A DNA stretch of 64,000 nt from Psammoneis japonica. Taxonomy: Eukaryota. Where the stretch lies: positions 124,001 to 188,000 of the forward strand of contig QPGO01000070.1 of NCBI GenBank assembly GCA_008632985.1, written 5' to 3'. Positions 12,406 to 24,360 of the stretch are shown here, piece after piece (the first letter of the stretch is position 1; each line of letters starts with the position of its first letter). A program made the translations under genes and the position numbers. The notes beneath the pieces were generated by a model. It worked only from the letters and a program-made list of their open reading frames with translations, searched no databases and was not told where the DNA came from.

Positions 12406-12802
12406 GACGCGTTCCAGCCCCAGGTGGGAGCTCGCAGCACTGACGTGTGACAACAACAACTTTTGTCATCTGTCGCATGTTTCGCACGTAGATTTCCATG
12501 TGTGACATTTAAAAAAAAATTGTCCAGACTCGCTGTTTTGCGAAGCCCCAGACGTTTTATGTGACAAATTTATAGAAACAACAATGCGCCAGTTACATTC
12601 TTCAATGTCTGAAGAATGTAACTGGCTGAGTAAAAAATGATGTGCTTCAATCATGTGCGAGTTTGTGCGTTCGCAAAATTGCCTCATTTTCTGTTGGCGA
12701 TCATTGACATTTTAATTGCCATGTGATTTTGCTGCGGAGCTCGCACGTAGAAGTCTACGGGCCCAATGTCACACGGATTCCCACCTGCATCTGGAACGCG
12801 TC
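12406..12802. mobile_element. MITE, about 397 bp, TIR GACGCGTTCCAG, 4-bp TSD TGGC
   Basis: tggc|gacgcgttccagccccaggtggga ... tcccacctgcatctggaacgcgtc|tggc, with an internal 17-bp perfect hairpin at 12588-12626. Confidence 0.85.
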
Positions 12803-12867
12803 TGGCACACCATGCACAACCTTTGGAGTGGTTTGCAAATTGTGCCCAAGACATTTCATTTGGTGAA

Positions 12868-13871
12868 GACGCGTTCCAGGTCCAGGTGGGTGGGACCTCG
12901 CACCACTGAACTGTGACATCGACAGTTTCATTGACCACTCAGTGGTTGGTGATTGCAGACTTTTTCGTGTCGGTCCGGCAGTCGGGCAGTCGGGGGGTCG
13001 GGCAGTCGGGGGGTCGGGCAGTCGGGTTGTCCGTCTGAATTTGAAAGTGTGTCCCTAGGATTTTAGAACGGGATGGGTTGTTTGGCACAGATGAATTCTT
13101 CGGATTCACAGAATGATCATTGAGGACATGAGAGGTCGTGGGGACATCCTTAAAAATCGACAAATTCCCTACGACGGGTGCGTGGCACGGTTTTTCAGGA
13201 GAGCTCGAAAGTGCTGTAAAATTGGGATTGCCGGCGTGGCATGTTCAAAAATGCACTCAGTTGTGAACAAAGACAATTGATCGTGAATTCTACATGAAAC
13301 AGTCACACTTGGGAAAACATGTCGAACAACAAGTGAGTTTGTGCGATGCGCCATTGTGGCGATAAATTGGAAAAAAAGAGTGTCTGTGCACCTCGCTGCA
13401 GCCCCAAAAAATGGCATGAGACATCAAACACAACGGTCATCCGTGTCACCGGTGCGGTGGCCACGCCACTCAGCCGCCACAACACCGGCCCCGGCGGCAG
13501 GGCCCTGCGTACGTACAGACAACACAGCATGCAACGGCACACACCCACCCACAAAAGCGAAAGACAAGTGGTCAATGCTCCCCGCAGGCCTGGTTTTGAA
13601 TCGCGTCGTATGTCGCGCACGTGCATTTCTACGTGATTTTGGCAAAATTTTGTATGATTTTATAGTGCAATTATCAGTCGATCCATTGAACAACTTTTAA
13701 TGTTTTTTTCTTCTGCGCCATTCTCGAGTGTCTTAAGAATGGCGTAGGGCAGGCGCATCATCCAAAACTTCGAGTACGAACAGGGACAGATGTGCCACAA
13801 ACTTGGCCGTTTTTTTTATGTCAAAGATAAATGTGTCCATTGACCAGAGTACGAACTACAGAGCTCGCACG
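12868..13871. mobile_element. Second MITE-family copy, split by a nested insertion at 12929-13577 (11-bp TIR cattgaccact/agtggtcaatg)
   Basis: Starts gacgcgttccagg. 12868-12928 plus 13593-13871 is colinear with the reverse complement of 46990-47324. Confidence 0.75.
12970..13027 (+). repeat. G-rich short tandem repeat (GTCGGGCA/GTCGGGGG units)
   Basis: gtcgggcagtcggggggtcgggcagtcggggggtcgggcagtcggg. Confidence 0.85.
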
Positions 13872-14959
13872 TTGTCAGTTGTCCTGCTGCAAACAGGACA
13901 GTCTTTGGTTTCATGGCTGAGTCAGTTGTCAAGAACATGGAAGTTGGTCAATTTTTGCTCCTTTTTCGATGCAGAATTCTGCACCAGTGCACGGTGTGTG
14001 CCGTGCACCAGCTGACACTCTTCAATCACTCCCAAAGAAATGCCACACGAGACTTCACATGACAAAGACAGAGATTGACGACACTGATTCAACACTTGAC
14101 ACTCTGTGTGAGGAACAAAGGATGATCACAAGGCTGCATCATTTGTGATGACTCCTCAAGTTGGGGAGTCATTTGGTGATTCAATGAACAGTTTCCTCCT
14201 GAATGTGTGTTTTGCATTCAATGGAAATGTGAGTCTAAAATCACACAAGAAAATCATGCTTTTGTGTGGGCATGAGTCTCCCACTCAATTGGCCCGTCTC
14301 ATCAATGACTGTGCCCATGAGCTGTCACATGCTTTGTTGTTGTCTCTTGTTGCTCTGCACATGCAGCAGACATTGTTTCTTCATCTCAGATGATTCATCA
14401 TTTAGGATGTGGACACCACCAGCCTCCTTGTTCATTCCCCTGAATGTTGGCAAAAACTGGCAGGCAATGGATGGACCAAAATGTGTGGAGCTGCATGCAG
14501 ATGACCAATTTCGGTGACAACTTTGCCCCTGTTTAATTTCTGTCAAAACAGTTGCCTTCCACAGCCATGGGCTGTTCTGCAGGATCAATCAGGTTCTGAC
14601 CCTGCTGTTTGACACTGGTGGCATGACCCCACATCCACATGTCTGATGTGTCCACCGCCCAAGCCAAACAATGTTGTTTTGCATTAATTTGGACATGCTT
14701 CAATGCAAAATTGATCTTCTAAGAAACATGTCTTTGAACAATGACTGCATGCTTTGTGTGCACACAATGTCAAAATTAAATGCAAAATGCAGTCATTTGC
14801 AGTCACTTGGGAGGAAACAGTCAAGTGGAATTTTACGTGGAACATGCCACTGGCATTTGCCTGCACATTTTCTGTGTTGTTCTTGGAATCTGGCTGCACA
14901 CCCTGGACCCAAATCAACCACAGAAAAGTGAGACAGGAAGGTTGTGTCATGAGATGCTT

Positions 14960-15730
14960 GACGATGAGCTCCAGCTCTGGGTGGGATCTCACACTGCTGA
15001 GCTGACGTGTCCAGCTCTGGGTGGGACCTTGCACTGCTGCTGAACTGTGGCATGGACAGTTTTTTGGATCGTGCTGCATGTCGCATGTCGCACACATGGA
15101 AAGGTGCATGACTTTGTGAAATTTTGGGTCATTTTGTGGCACACTTGTTGAGTGATCAATCCAACAACTTTTGACATTTTTTGTTGCAGTGCAAGTCTGT
15201 GATGTCTTAAAAATTGTGCAGGCACACAATTGCACCACAAACTTGGTTGTTTGTTTGATGTTGAAGACAAATGTGACCATTGATTAAATTCTTGCACTGC
15301 GGAGCTTGCACACAGATTTCTGTGGGCCCAATGTCACATGGAGTCCCACCCAGGACTGGAACCCATCAACTGTGACATCAACAGTTTTTTGGGTTGCACC
15401 GCATGTCGCACACACAGGCAGCAGCTGCACAACTTTGGTGGTGGAATTTTGCATCATTTTTTGCAGCACAATTGTTGGGCTGTCCATTCAACAACTTTTG
15501 ACATTTTTTCTTCTGCGCCACTCTGAAATGTCTTAAGAATGGTGCAGGGCAGGTGCTTTTTCAAAAACTTTGAGTGTGGACAGGTGCATGTGCACTGCAA
15601 ACTTGGTCGTTTGTTTGACGTTGAAGACAAATGTGTCCATCTGTTAAATTCTCGCACTGCGCAGCTTGCATGCAGAGTTCTGCGGGCCCAATGTCATCAC
15701 ATGGAGTCCCACCCAGGACTGGAACCCATC
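14960..15730. mobile_element. Two tandem, heavily mutated copies of the same MITE family
   Basis: Left end gacgtgtccagctctgggtgggac at 15004. Right ends cccacccaggactggaacccatc at about 15367 and 15730. Shared internal aaacttgg..tttgtttga.gttgaagacaaatgtg. Confidence 0.75.
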
Positions 15731-15806
15731 TGACATGTTTTGATTCATTCTTGTGCTTCAAGTTGGTGATTCGGGCGAGTGGCAAAAATTGGCAAAAATG
15801 GGCAAA

Positions 15807-15950
15807 GCATGGCGCCAGCCGTGCACCAGCACAATGGACCATTTTGCGCGGAAGATGACAGATGGAAAATCTGAAAAACAGCATGGCCAGCCATGCATCA
15901 GCATGATGGACCATTTTGTGTGGAAGATGACAGATGGAAAATCTGAAAAA
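15807..15950 (+). repeat. Two-copy tandem repeat of about 72 bp
   Basis: atggaccattttgYgYggaagatgacagatggaaaatctgaaaaa occurs twice. Confidence 0.85.
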
Positions 15951-16558
15951 TGGGATGTGCAGGAGATTTCCACCGTGCTTCTCCCTTGTGATTCAACACT
16001 TGTGATGGCGAGCGACAATCAGACACTGCGAAGCCGCAAAGCACATGTGCCAAAGCTGTCTGCCATCAAACAAAGTTCTGGAAAAGCCTTTTCCTTTCAA
16101 CAAGTGCCATTGAACACCATTGCTCATCTTCACAAGCACAGCGTTTTCTCTCGAGACGGGAAATCGTGGTGCAAATTTTATGCAGAAATTGCGCAGAAAG
16201 GAAGGGATGTGTCAGAACTCAATGAACGGGCCAAGATGACACACATCAGTGGCTAGAACTTGTCTTTAGCACGTAAAGAGCACATGGCATGTTCGTATGA
16301 CTTGCTCGGAATGTGTTGGGGGGCGGCAGTAGGAGACACTGAATTACACGTGGCTTGGGCGGGGAAATCTTTACTTTCGTGCATCCCATTTCGTCTGGCC
16401 ATCTTCCGTGTAAATTGGTCTATTTTCAACGGAAGCGGGGTTTTAGCTCACGCGCAATGCGGTAAGGCTAATGCAAAAATGCAATAAATTCGCAACAAGC
16501 ATCGGCAACAACAGAACACCATTCGAATCAGTTCACGCACAATAATTGTGTACGCCAT

Positions 16559-17434
16559 ATGAGCACAGTGGTACAACTCCACACGAAGGAGGAGGAGGCG
16601 AAGATGAAGAAGAAAGTGTCGTGGGGGAAGCAGTGGGCTTGGAGAGAAGGAGAGGAGGAGAAGACACGAACGAAAAGGTTGGCGTGGAAGAAGAAACGTA
16701 AGGGATCAAAATCTGCCAAAATGAATCGGACCGAAGAGGAAAACAAGGAGTATGTGATAATACAGACTAAGTGGATATTCGGCATTCTGAAGGCAAAAGG
16801 TTGCGCAAAGTATATTATATATGCCTGCTTGAATGACCAACTCGCCCTGGGCCAGCTGCAATTATTCTTGAAGTTTGTAGAGATCTCACTGGAAGACAGC
16901 GGCAGCCTTCCAGAGGCGCTCGAGTCGTTTCGAGATAATGACGCTATTACTTTGGAAAGCATTATGGAAAAGGATAATAAGAAGGACGCTCTCTACCATT
17001 TTTGGCGGGTGAAGGCCATTCGAGAGAACTTTTTCAGACCGCAAGATGTCTCGTCTACGGATACCGACGAAGAGCGGCGCGGCAAAGATGCTGCCCGGGC
17101 CGTGGAGGATCCAGGAGTGGTAGAAGGATATGCCGGGTTGCCTGTCGAGCTTCAAAAGCTTGTTGCGAATTACACAAACCGCCATGATCCCCAAGATTCA
17201 GATGCTGCTCCTCATGCCCTAAACGAAAATTGGGGCCTCGGCGCCCCGGGTGAGTCCGAAGAAGACACGGTTCTGCCAGCTTCCAGCCACGAAGAACAGG
17301 GAGCAAGCAAAGATGAGGGTAATGAGGATCAGAAGAGTGGATCGGAGGAGTCGGAAAGCGAAGAGCCAAGGGCGCAGAAGCGCCCTAAGGTCAACGTGAA
17401 ATTATTGTATTCAGAAAGGTACAGTAGGGAGTGA
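16559..17434 (+). CDS. Hypothetical protein, basic N-terminus and acidic C-terminus
   Basis: 291-aa ORF with normal TA/CG content. No family recognised and the start is uncertain. Confidence 0.5.
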   Translation: MSTVVQLHTKEEEAKMKKKVSWGKQWAWREGEEEKTRTKRLAWKKKRKGSKSAKMNRTEEENKEYVIIQTKWIFGILKAKGCAKYIIYACLNDQLALGQLQLFLKFVEISLEDSGSLPEALESFRDNDAITLESIMEKDNKKDALYHFWRVKAIRENFFRPQDVSSTDTDEERRGKDAARAVEDPGVVEGYAGLPVELQKLVANYTNRHDPQDSDAAPHALNENWGLGAPGESEEDTVLPASSHEEQGASKDEGNEDQKSGSEESESEEPRAQKRPKVNVKLLYSERYSRE

Positions 17435-17643
17435 TCAAAAATGGGTGAAAATACGGGACAGTGCTCACTGGGTTACCGGTCTGGGTTACCAGTGGCATAA
17501 ACTATAGCAAATATATGGTCGGGAAACTTACCTTGTGCTCAGATCATCATCAAATGAAAATGAGGCCCACCCCTCTCTCCAATCGCTATCTCTCATTTGG
17601 ACACACACTCTTGTCACCAAACAGCTCAAGAAACTCAAGAAAA

Positions 17644-17843
17644 ATGTCCATTGACGATGAAAAGTATCAAGCAACGGATCTTGCTCTTGCCGGAAAAAGT
17701 CGACTACGAATGGAATGGGCCGAATCACCCATGCCCGTGTTCATGAAACTTCGAGACGAATGCGCCAAACGTCAGGCACTATACTCAGGGGAATGCGCAT
17801 TGTAGGATGTCTGCTGTGACACACGTTGCCAAGGAGACGGGAG
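17644..17843 (+). pseudogene. ahcY: N-terminal fragment of adenosylhomocysteinase (SAH hydrolase), prokaryote-type
   Basis: KYQATDLALAGKSRLRMEWAESPMPVFMKLR, then frameshifted GMRIVGCL..HVAKETG, matching the EWA..MPVL...GxRIxxCLHVTxET pattern. Confidence 0.7.
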
Positions 17844-17849
17844 ACGGCT

Positions 17850-19010
17850 GTCATCGTGAGAACTCATGCGCTCATTCTTGCAAAGTAGAGTCTTGCTCAT
17901 TGGAAAGGTTTGCAATGGTTGCATTTTGGTGATTGCTTTTCTTGACATGGAACAGACTCTGACTTCCACAGTGTCCATGTGTGGTGAACATGTCAAACAC
18001 AGAGAGTGGGGTTGTCATCGGTGCGGTGGTGTGCTTGACGACTCTGGTGTCATCATCGACATGCTCCACAGCCACAGATGTTGACCAGTCTGCTTCATTT
18101 GGATCATTGTCCATGAATTGAACCCAATTGCGAGGATCAATCTCAAGGAGAGAATGTGTTGGGTTCTCCAAAATGAGGCCTGTTCAATTCTCATTGAGAG
18201 TGAAAACACAATGTTCAGATTCAAGTTCATCAAGTTGCTTGGTGTCACAAAGGCTGGTGTTGAAATGTTCAGATGCGGTTTTCAATTTTCATTGGTTTAC
18301 AAAAGATTGTGGCATCATTGCTTGCTTGTGAGAAATGAGCCAGAGTTGTGTGTGACAGGCAGGCCAACTTGGAGCCAGTGGTCATCTGCGTGCCTGGAAG
18401 GGCGCTGTGACACCTTTGATCACATCATCAAGGACTTGATTGACAGTGCTGCCCACCACATGTTTGTCTGATGAGATTTGATTGAACACCAACTCTTCAA
18501 GCACTCATGGCTTGGTGGAAAGCGGGAAGTTGACCCATTTTTCCATGTTGTGCTGGTGAAGCGAATGTTGTAGAAACGCACATGAGAAAAAACAGCAAAC
18601 ATCATCAAAATGCACGCAACAAGGAGATTGGCTTGGCAAAAGAGGCCCATGCTTTTGTGATGCCCTTTGTGATTTCATTGAAGCACAAGGGATTGAATTT
18701 ATGAAGAGAAAGAGCTCAACAACGTTTTTCATGAGACCAAAGCAGAGCGGGTGTGCTGATGCCAGCATTTCTGGCAAATTTCTTGCAGCGCTGCTCCCCC
18801 TTTCCACATCTGGTCATGAGCAGCACCATGCCATGTGCCTTGGAAAAGGCTGCATGGAAACATCAGTTCCCTGTCAAGGATGTTTCCAGTGCCGCTGCAG
18901 GACTTCAGGGAGAGCACTCAACAAGCCGGCATTTTTCGGCATCTTCTTTAAAATCTGATCTTGGCTGGTGTCACAACACTTGGAAACTTCGGCGTGCTTT
19001 GTGAAAACTA
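17850..19010. other. TA/CG-depleted degenerate block, probable TE or gene remnant
   Basis: Near absence of TA, with Cys/His-rich junk ORFs. Confidence 0.6.
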
Positions 19011-19398
19011 AAGGAGGGACACATGAAGGAGCCAAGAGACAGGGAGGGTTGGGGGGTAGACGGGAAAGGGGGCAAGTTTCTCTTTCAAACGGCCATTGTG
19101 CTTCGCGTTTTTTGCTGCGGCAGTTTGGAGTTGGCCATCGTTTTTCTACTTCCGTCTGTCACTGCCACCACCATCCCGATTGGAAAGTAAAGATTTTACG
19201 TTGATGCTACTGTATGTAAAGTATATACTAAGTCTCTGCGTAGCGAAAATCCAAAAAATCGCAGAAAAATCGAGAAAAAATAGCTCCGCGCCGATGCCGG
19301 CATGCGATCATGCGACGCAACACACAACGACAAGTCTATCGTCTTCGCAACAGCAGCCTTACCAAGCACCTACATCCTACATCATACACGAAAAAACA

Positions 19399-20181
19399 AT
19401 GACAACCGAAGTGACACCCGATAAGGGTGGCTACTGGTCGGGAACGGATAATGCTGTTCAAAATTCCCAAGTGTTGGCGTCTTCGGTGCAACGTCGACAG
19501 AGCATTGTCCAAGTACAGAATTCCAATGGCAAGGAGGTTCAGGCCATGCAAGAGCGTTTTCCTGGGGCGGATTTACACACATTGATTAAATTTCTAAAGG
19601 CGCGTGACTTTAACATTGAAAAGGCGTCAGCCATGTATCAAGCCCATTTGGATTGGAGGAAAGAAACTCTGCCAATTCCTGAAGACGAGGTGAAGGCCAC
19701 TCTAGCCACCAAAAAGTTTTATCTCTTGGACAGCCCCGACAATCAGGGACGACCGGTCATTTTTTATTGTTTTCATCGTTTTCTAGAAATGGACTATGTC
19801 GTCGAGGACGAAATCAAAGCACTCGTGTACTTGCTTGAAGAAAAAGTCATTCCCCGTTTTGGGCCGTCCTTTGAGACGCAACAGTTTTCGGTACTGATTG
19901 ACATCTCGGGCATTCGGTCTCCGCCGCTATCGTTTCTGCAAAAGATGAATACCGTCATGGAGGCAAACTATCCCGAGTCGCTGTTTCGTGTCACAATGTT
20001 TCCGGTCCCTTATTGGCTGCAAAAGATTATTCAAGGCTTTCTGACGTTTGTGGCGGAAGAGACGCGCAACAAATTTGCCTATGTCAATGACGTCAAGTCC
20101 TTGGAGGCGTTTGCCAATATGCCTTTGGATCAAATGGGACCGGACGTAGCTGAGCTGGCCAAGAAAAAGCAGTTAAAGTAA
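19399..20181 (+). CDS. CRAL-TRIO (Sec14-like) lipid-binding protein
   Basis: LIKFLKARDFNIEKA, WRKE, DNQGRPVI, LIDISG and ANYPESL motifs. Confidence 0.9.
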   Translation: MTTEVTPDKGGYWSGTDNAVQNSQVLASSVQRRQSIVQVQNSNGKEVQAMQERFPGADLHTLIKFLKARDFNIEKASAMYQAHLDWRKETLPIPEDEVKATLATKKFYLLDSPDNQGRPVIFYCFHRFLEMDYVVEDEIKALVYLLEEKVIPRFGPSFETQQFSVLIDISGIRSPPLSFLQKMNTVMEANYPESLFRVTMFPVPYWLQKIIQGFLTFVAEETRNKFAYVNDVKSLEAFANMPLDQMGPDVAELAKKKQLK

Positions 20182-20353
20182 ACAAAAAGTACAACATGAT
20201 TTCGTCGTTTCTGCGCACTATTTTCGTTTTCTGTTACTCGTTGCAAGTTCCACCTCGTATGGCAAATCCCCGAAATTCTTCGTTGCTCATTTTGCACGGA
20301 TCAACCAGATCGATTTTGTTCCCTGGGCCCTTTAATCTGCCCTCCTTCAGCCT

Positions 20354-20830
20354 TTACTCGACTTCAGCGTCTTTCGAAGCTGGTGGGACTTGTTCCATAG
20401 GCTTGGCATTGCGCGATCTAGCTTCCATTTCACCCTCTTCCACGCCCTTTTTGAACTCTTGGGGTATTTCTTTGAATTCTTCCTTTAATCCGCCCGTGAT
20501 TTCGCCCGTCGATTTGGCAAGACTGGCCAGTCCTTGAGGTCCAATCACAAAAGCTCCGGCAATGAGAATGACAATCAATTCCGGAGCACCCAAACCAAAC
20601 AGTCCTTGGAGTCGTACAGATGTTCTCGCTCGACGTTGGTTAACGACATGGATTCCAACATGCTTCTCTCGAAAGGACTTTGGCCGAACCGAAAACGATG
20701 GTTTCTCATGTTGTGGTGGCACGCGCACCAATGGCGGTGACAAGACAAAAGCACAGCACGAAGGAAATGATTGAGCAACCACACAGACCGTTGCAACGAG
20801 CGCAATGAAATTTCTGTAAATCTGCATCAT
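20354..20830 (-). CDS. Plastid-targeted twin-arginine translocase TatA/B-family subunit
   Basis: Signal peptide ending CCA-F, transit peptide, then [22 protein letters not shown] and an amphipathic helix. Confidence 0.85.
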   Translation of the reverse strand: MMQIYRNFIALVATVCVVAQSFPSCCAFVLSPPLVRVPPQHEKPSFSVRPKSFREKHVGIHVVNQRRARTSVRLQGLFGLGAPELIVILIAGAFVIGPQGLASLAKSTGEITGGLKEEFKEIPQEFKKGVEEGEMEARSRNAKPMEQVPPASKDAEVE

Positions 20831-21335
20831 TTTCTCAGGACACAGTCTCTTCTCTCTTCAGTTACTATTGTAAGATGTCAGCAAACCGGACGTCGTGATT
20901 GATGGCTTTACTACGGATTCGATGAGTCTTGAAGCTTGCAGTTGATGTGGGTGTAAAAGTGTGGCGGGGCGGCCGCCCGGGGCGACGTGATCATCCTGCT
21001 CGGTCGGCGGAGTCGTTTCAAAATTTCAATTATCGGCTATGTAAAGATTTATGTTTATTTAACCTTTAATAAATTTATTATTTCTTGATACCCTTAATTC
21101 TGAATACAACTATATATATTTTTAGCATTCGTCTTTCTACATCACTCAAAGGAAAATTCATTGGTCAGGCGCTGTGCGATGCTTTCAAAAATTCGATTCC
21201 AAACCCGTCACTGAACACCCCACAAAAACAGCATGTTGTTGTTGCTGTTTCTATCGGACTCGTTCTTCAAACACGAGTCGTCGCGTTATACACTTGAAAG
21301 CTTCCATTCTTTTCACAATTGATAAGACGGCCAAC

Positions 21336-23988
21336 ATGAAACGAAACTATGGCTTCCTTTTCTTTCTATTGTGGGGAGCCGGATTTGCTTTGATGCCACC
21401 CCATCCCGATTTTTTACAACATGAGGAATACCAGTCCCATCATTTCGAATGGCAGAGACGATTATCTGCGGAAGAGGACGTGTACGATGACCTTGAGCTG
21501 CTTCATCCTAACATGTGCCAACATGTATCGGTCAAAGATTGCCTGGAAGCCGATGAATTCACAAGAAAACAAGCGCAAGCCACTCGAAAATTAGTTGAAA
21601 GTACGGGCAAGCTTCGTTCTCTTGTCCTGTTGATGCAATTCGCCAACCATCAAAATCGAACTCTCCCCACCATAAGTGATGTTAGAAAAGCATTAACTGG
21701 AAGAGGCACTGATCCAGTTTTGTATCCGACAGGTAGTGTCGCAGGTTTCTTTAAAACCAACTCCTTTGGTAAACTCGACATCCAAATGGACATTATGGAT
21801 TGGCGTGTTACGCCTGAACCCGAGGCATTCTACGCTAGAAATAGATCTGGTCTGCTGCCCGGGTATATGAGATCATTTAATTCTATCCTGGATCAGGTGG
21901 ACGGGACAGTTAATTGGTCCGACTATGACCAAGATGGCGATGGAATAATTGATTCCCTCATTGTCTTGCATTCAGGATATGGTGCGGAACGTAGTGGTGG
22001 TAATTGTGACGATGAACGAGATAGTAAGCAGCGCATTTGGTCTCACGCGGTAGGTTGGGTTCGTGCAAATACGTGGAAAAGTAAAGATGGACGCATCCGA
22101 GCAGGAACCTACATGACGACATCAGTTCTGAATGAGAGATGTACAAGTGAGATATTTCGTCTCGGCACTGCCACGCATGAATTAACACACACGGTAAGGT
22201 CGATGGGGCGTCACTTGTATCTCAACGTCATCATCCAAGGATTCTCTTGTCGTGTTTGCTCATGACAACGCCCCTTTTGTGCGTTCGTGTATTGTGACAA
22301 CACAGTGGGGATTGCCTGATCTTTACGACACGTCGTGGACAGGAAAGGGGACTGGTGCTTACGACATAATGAGCCACCCATACGGTCGTGACAGAAGCAG
22401 CTTGTTTCCAGCCTATTTGGGTGCCTGGTGTCGCGTTGACTTGGGATGGATAACACCTACAGTTATCACTCATGATGGCAAATACTCTTTGACAGCAAGC
22501 CAAACTTCAGGACAAGTTTATCGCATAGACGAAGGCTTCCCCGACGGTGAATATCTGTTGATAGAGAACCGCCAACCTATTCTATGGGATAGTTTGTTGT
22601 GGAATGGCGGGATTCTGATTTGGCATGTGGACAAAAAGGCGAAAAGGCAAAAACAAAGAGGGTATCCAGGCCAAGAAGGATGGCCCGGCAATGGGCTGCA
22701 TTACCATGTTGCCGTCGTGCAAGCAGATCGTAGCTACCATTTGGAACGAGGAGAAAACGTTGGCTCTTTAGACGACTTCTTTTACACAGGCAAAGAGTTA
22801 GGACCAGGTCCCGGTGTTGACGTTGCAGTAGACGCGAGTCTATATCCCAACACAGACTCATATCAGAGTGGTGTCATCAATGTCACTGGTATTCGAATCT
22901 TCGACTTTTCTGAATCACAAGATACAATGGCGTTTTCAGTCTCGGGTCTTGCACCGGCGGTACCAACCCCACCACCCACACTGGCAACCCCATTTCCTAC
23001 TCCCTCACCCGAGCCTACTAACCCGCCATCATTGCGACCCACGGCTGAACCAACGTTGCCTCCGACGTTGACCCCCTCTCCAACTACGGTCCCCTTACCA
23101 ACACAGGAACCGACGACTAATCCTTCTATCACAATGCCGCCAACATCTTCCGATGACTCAAGTAGCACCAATGTCGGCTTGGCGATAGGATTGACCTTGT
23201 TCTTTGCATGCTTCTTCGCGATTGTGGGGTACTATTTGTGGCGGTACTATTCGCTCCGTGCTCCATCAGCACCGGTTATTATCGAACCGGTACCCGAGTA
23301 TCCAGGTGACGAGTGCGGATCGGTTGAAGTAGCCATCAATGCAAGAGGTGCAGACGAAGACGTCAATTCGGACGAACTCTCCTCGTCACTGCTTGAGAAA
23401 CAATCGTCTGTAGCGTCCACAGAAACAGGCAATTCATCCACTGGGACACCCGACAGTGCAGACATGAGCATTGAATTGAACCCTTCCGGTGCCGAGCACG
23501 AGTCGCTTTATTTGCCAGGAGCCACTGGATACGTACTTTGTAAGACTACTTATTCAATTCCCAATATTAACGCTGGTGAAACTTTGGGGACGCTTGATCG
23601 AGAAGAGAGTGGTAAGGAGCACGTCGCTGCACCTTGCGCGCCACCTAGTGCGGGTACTGCCGACACGAGCAGTGCATCAGGTTCAAGACGGCTTTCTTCT
23701 CACCTCAAACGCATTACGACAAAAAGAAAGAGCAAGCAGGAGAGTGAATCAATGTTAAGTGATTCAAGTTCCTCAACCAAGCTCTATGACGTCGAAAGCA
23801 GAAAAGCACCTCTAGATTCATCTCTATCTTACATGGACCTTGCGCTACGTCCAACAAGATCAACTGATTCAGGAGGATCTATGGATGGTGACGAACCAAA
23901 TGGCGAATCTGCCATGGTTTATTGGTTTTCAAGATACACGATTGAACGGCAAAATTCAACGGATTCTGTGGCATCGTCCCCATGTTGA
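21336..23988 (+). CDS. M6-family (immune inhibitor A-like) metalloprotease with Pro/Thr stalk and TM anchor; intron 22194-22305
   Basis: Signal peptide, YDQDGDGIID, HSGYGAE, IWSH, HELTHT^WGLPDLYD, YLLIENRQ, GILIWHVD. Confidence 0.9.
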
Positions 23989-24036
23989 TTTTCTACTACA
24001 CTTTCCTGGCCAGGCTCTCAAATATCAAATAAGAAC

Positions 24037-24150
24037 GAGCAATGTTCACGTTCCGTGCTTCCCGGAACCAACTTAGATTTGATCGAATCTGCAGAGCAAT
24101 GTTCACGTTCCGAAATATCCTGGAACCCACTTAGTTTTGATCGAATCTGC
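24037..24150 (+). repeat. Two-copy tandem repeat of about 57 bp between convergent genes
   Basis: gagcaatgttcacgttccg...ttgatcgaatctgc occurs twice. Confidence 0.8.
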
Positions 24151-24360
24151 CGAAACAGCTGTACTGGACAAATGCATGCTGTCGACTGCTCATGCAAAAA
24201 TTTCATCTTGATGTATCTTTTGCATAGGAAACTCATCCGACATAAAAATGAGGTTACAAATTAAAGCTACAAGTAGCCAGACAGCCTCTCTAGTAGAATG
24301 CTAAGGCGCCTCAGAAGAGAAATGTTACAGTAATATCGTTGCTAGATCCTCCCGCTTGCG

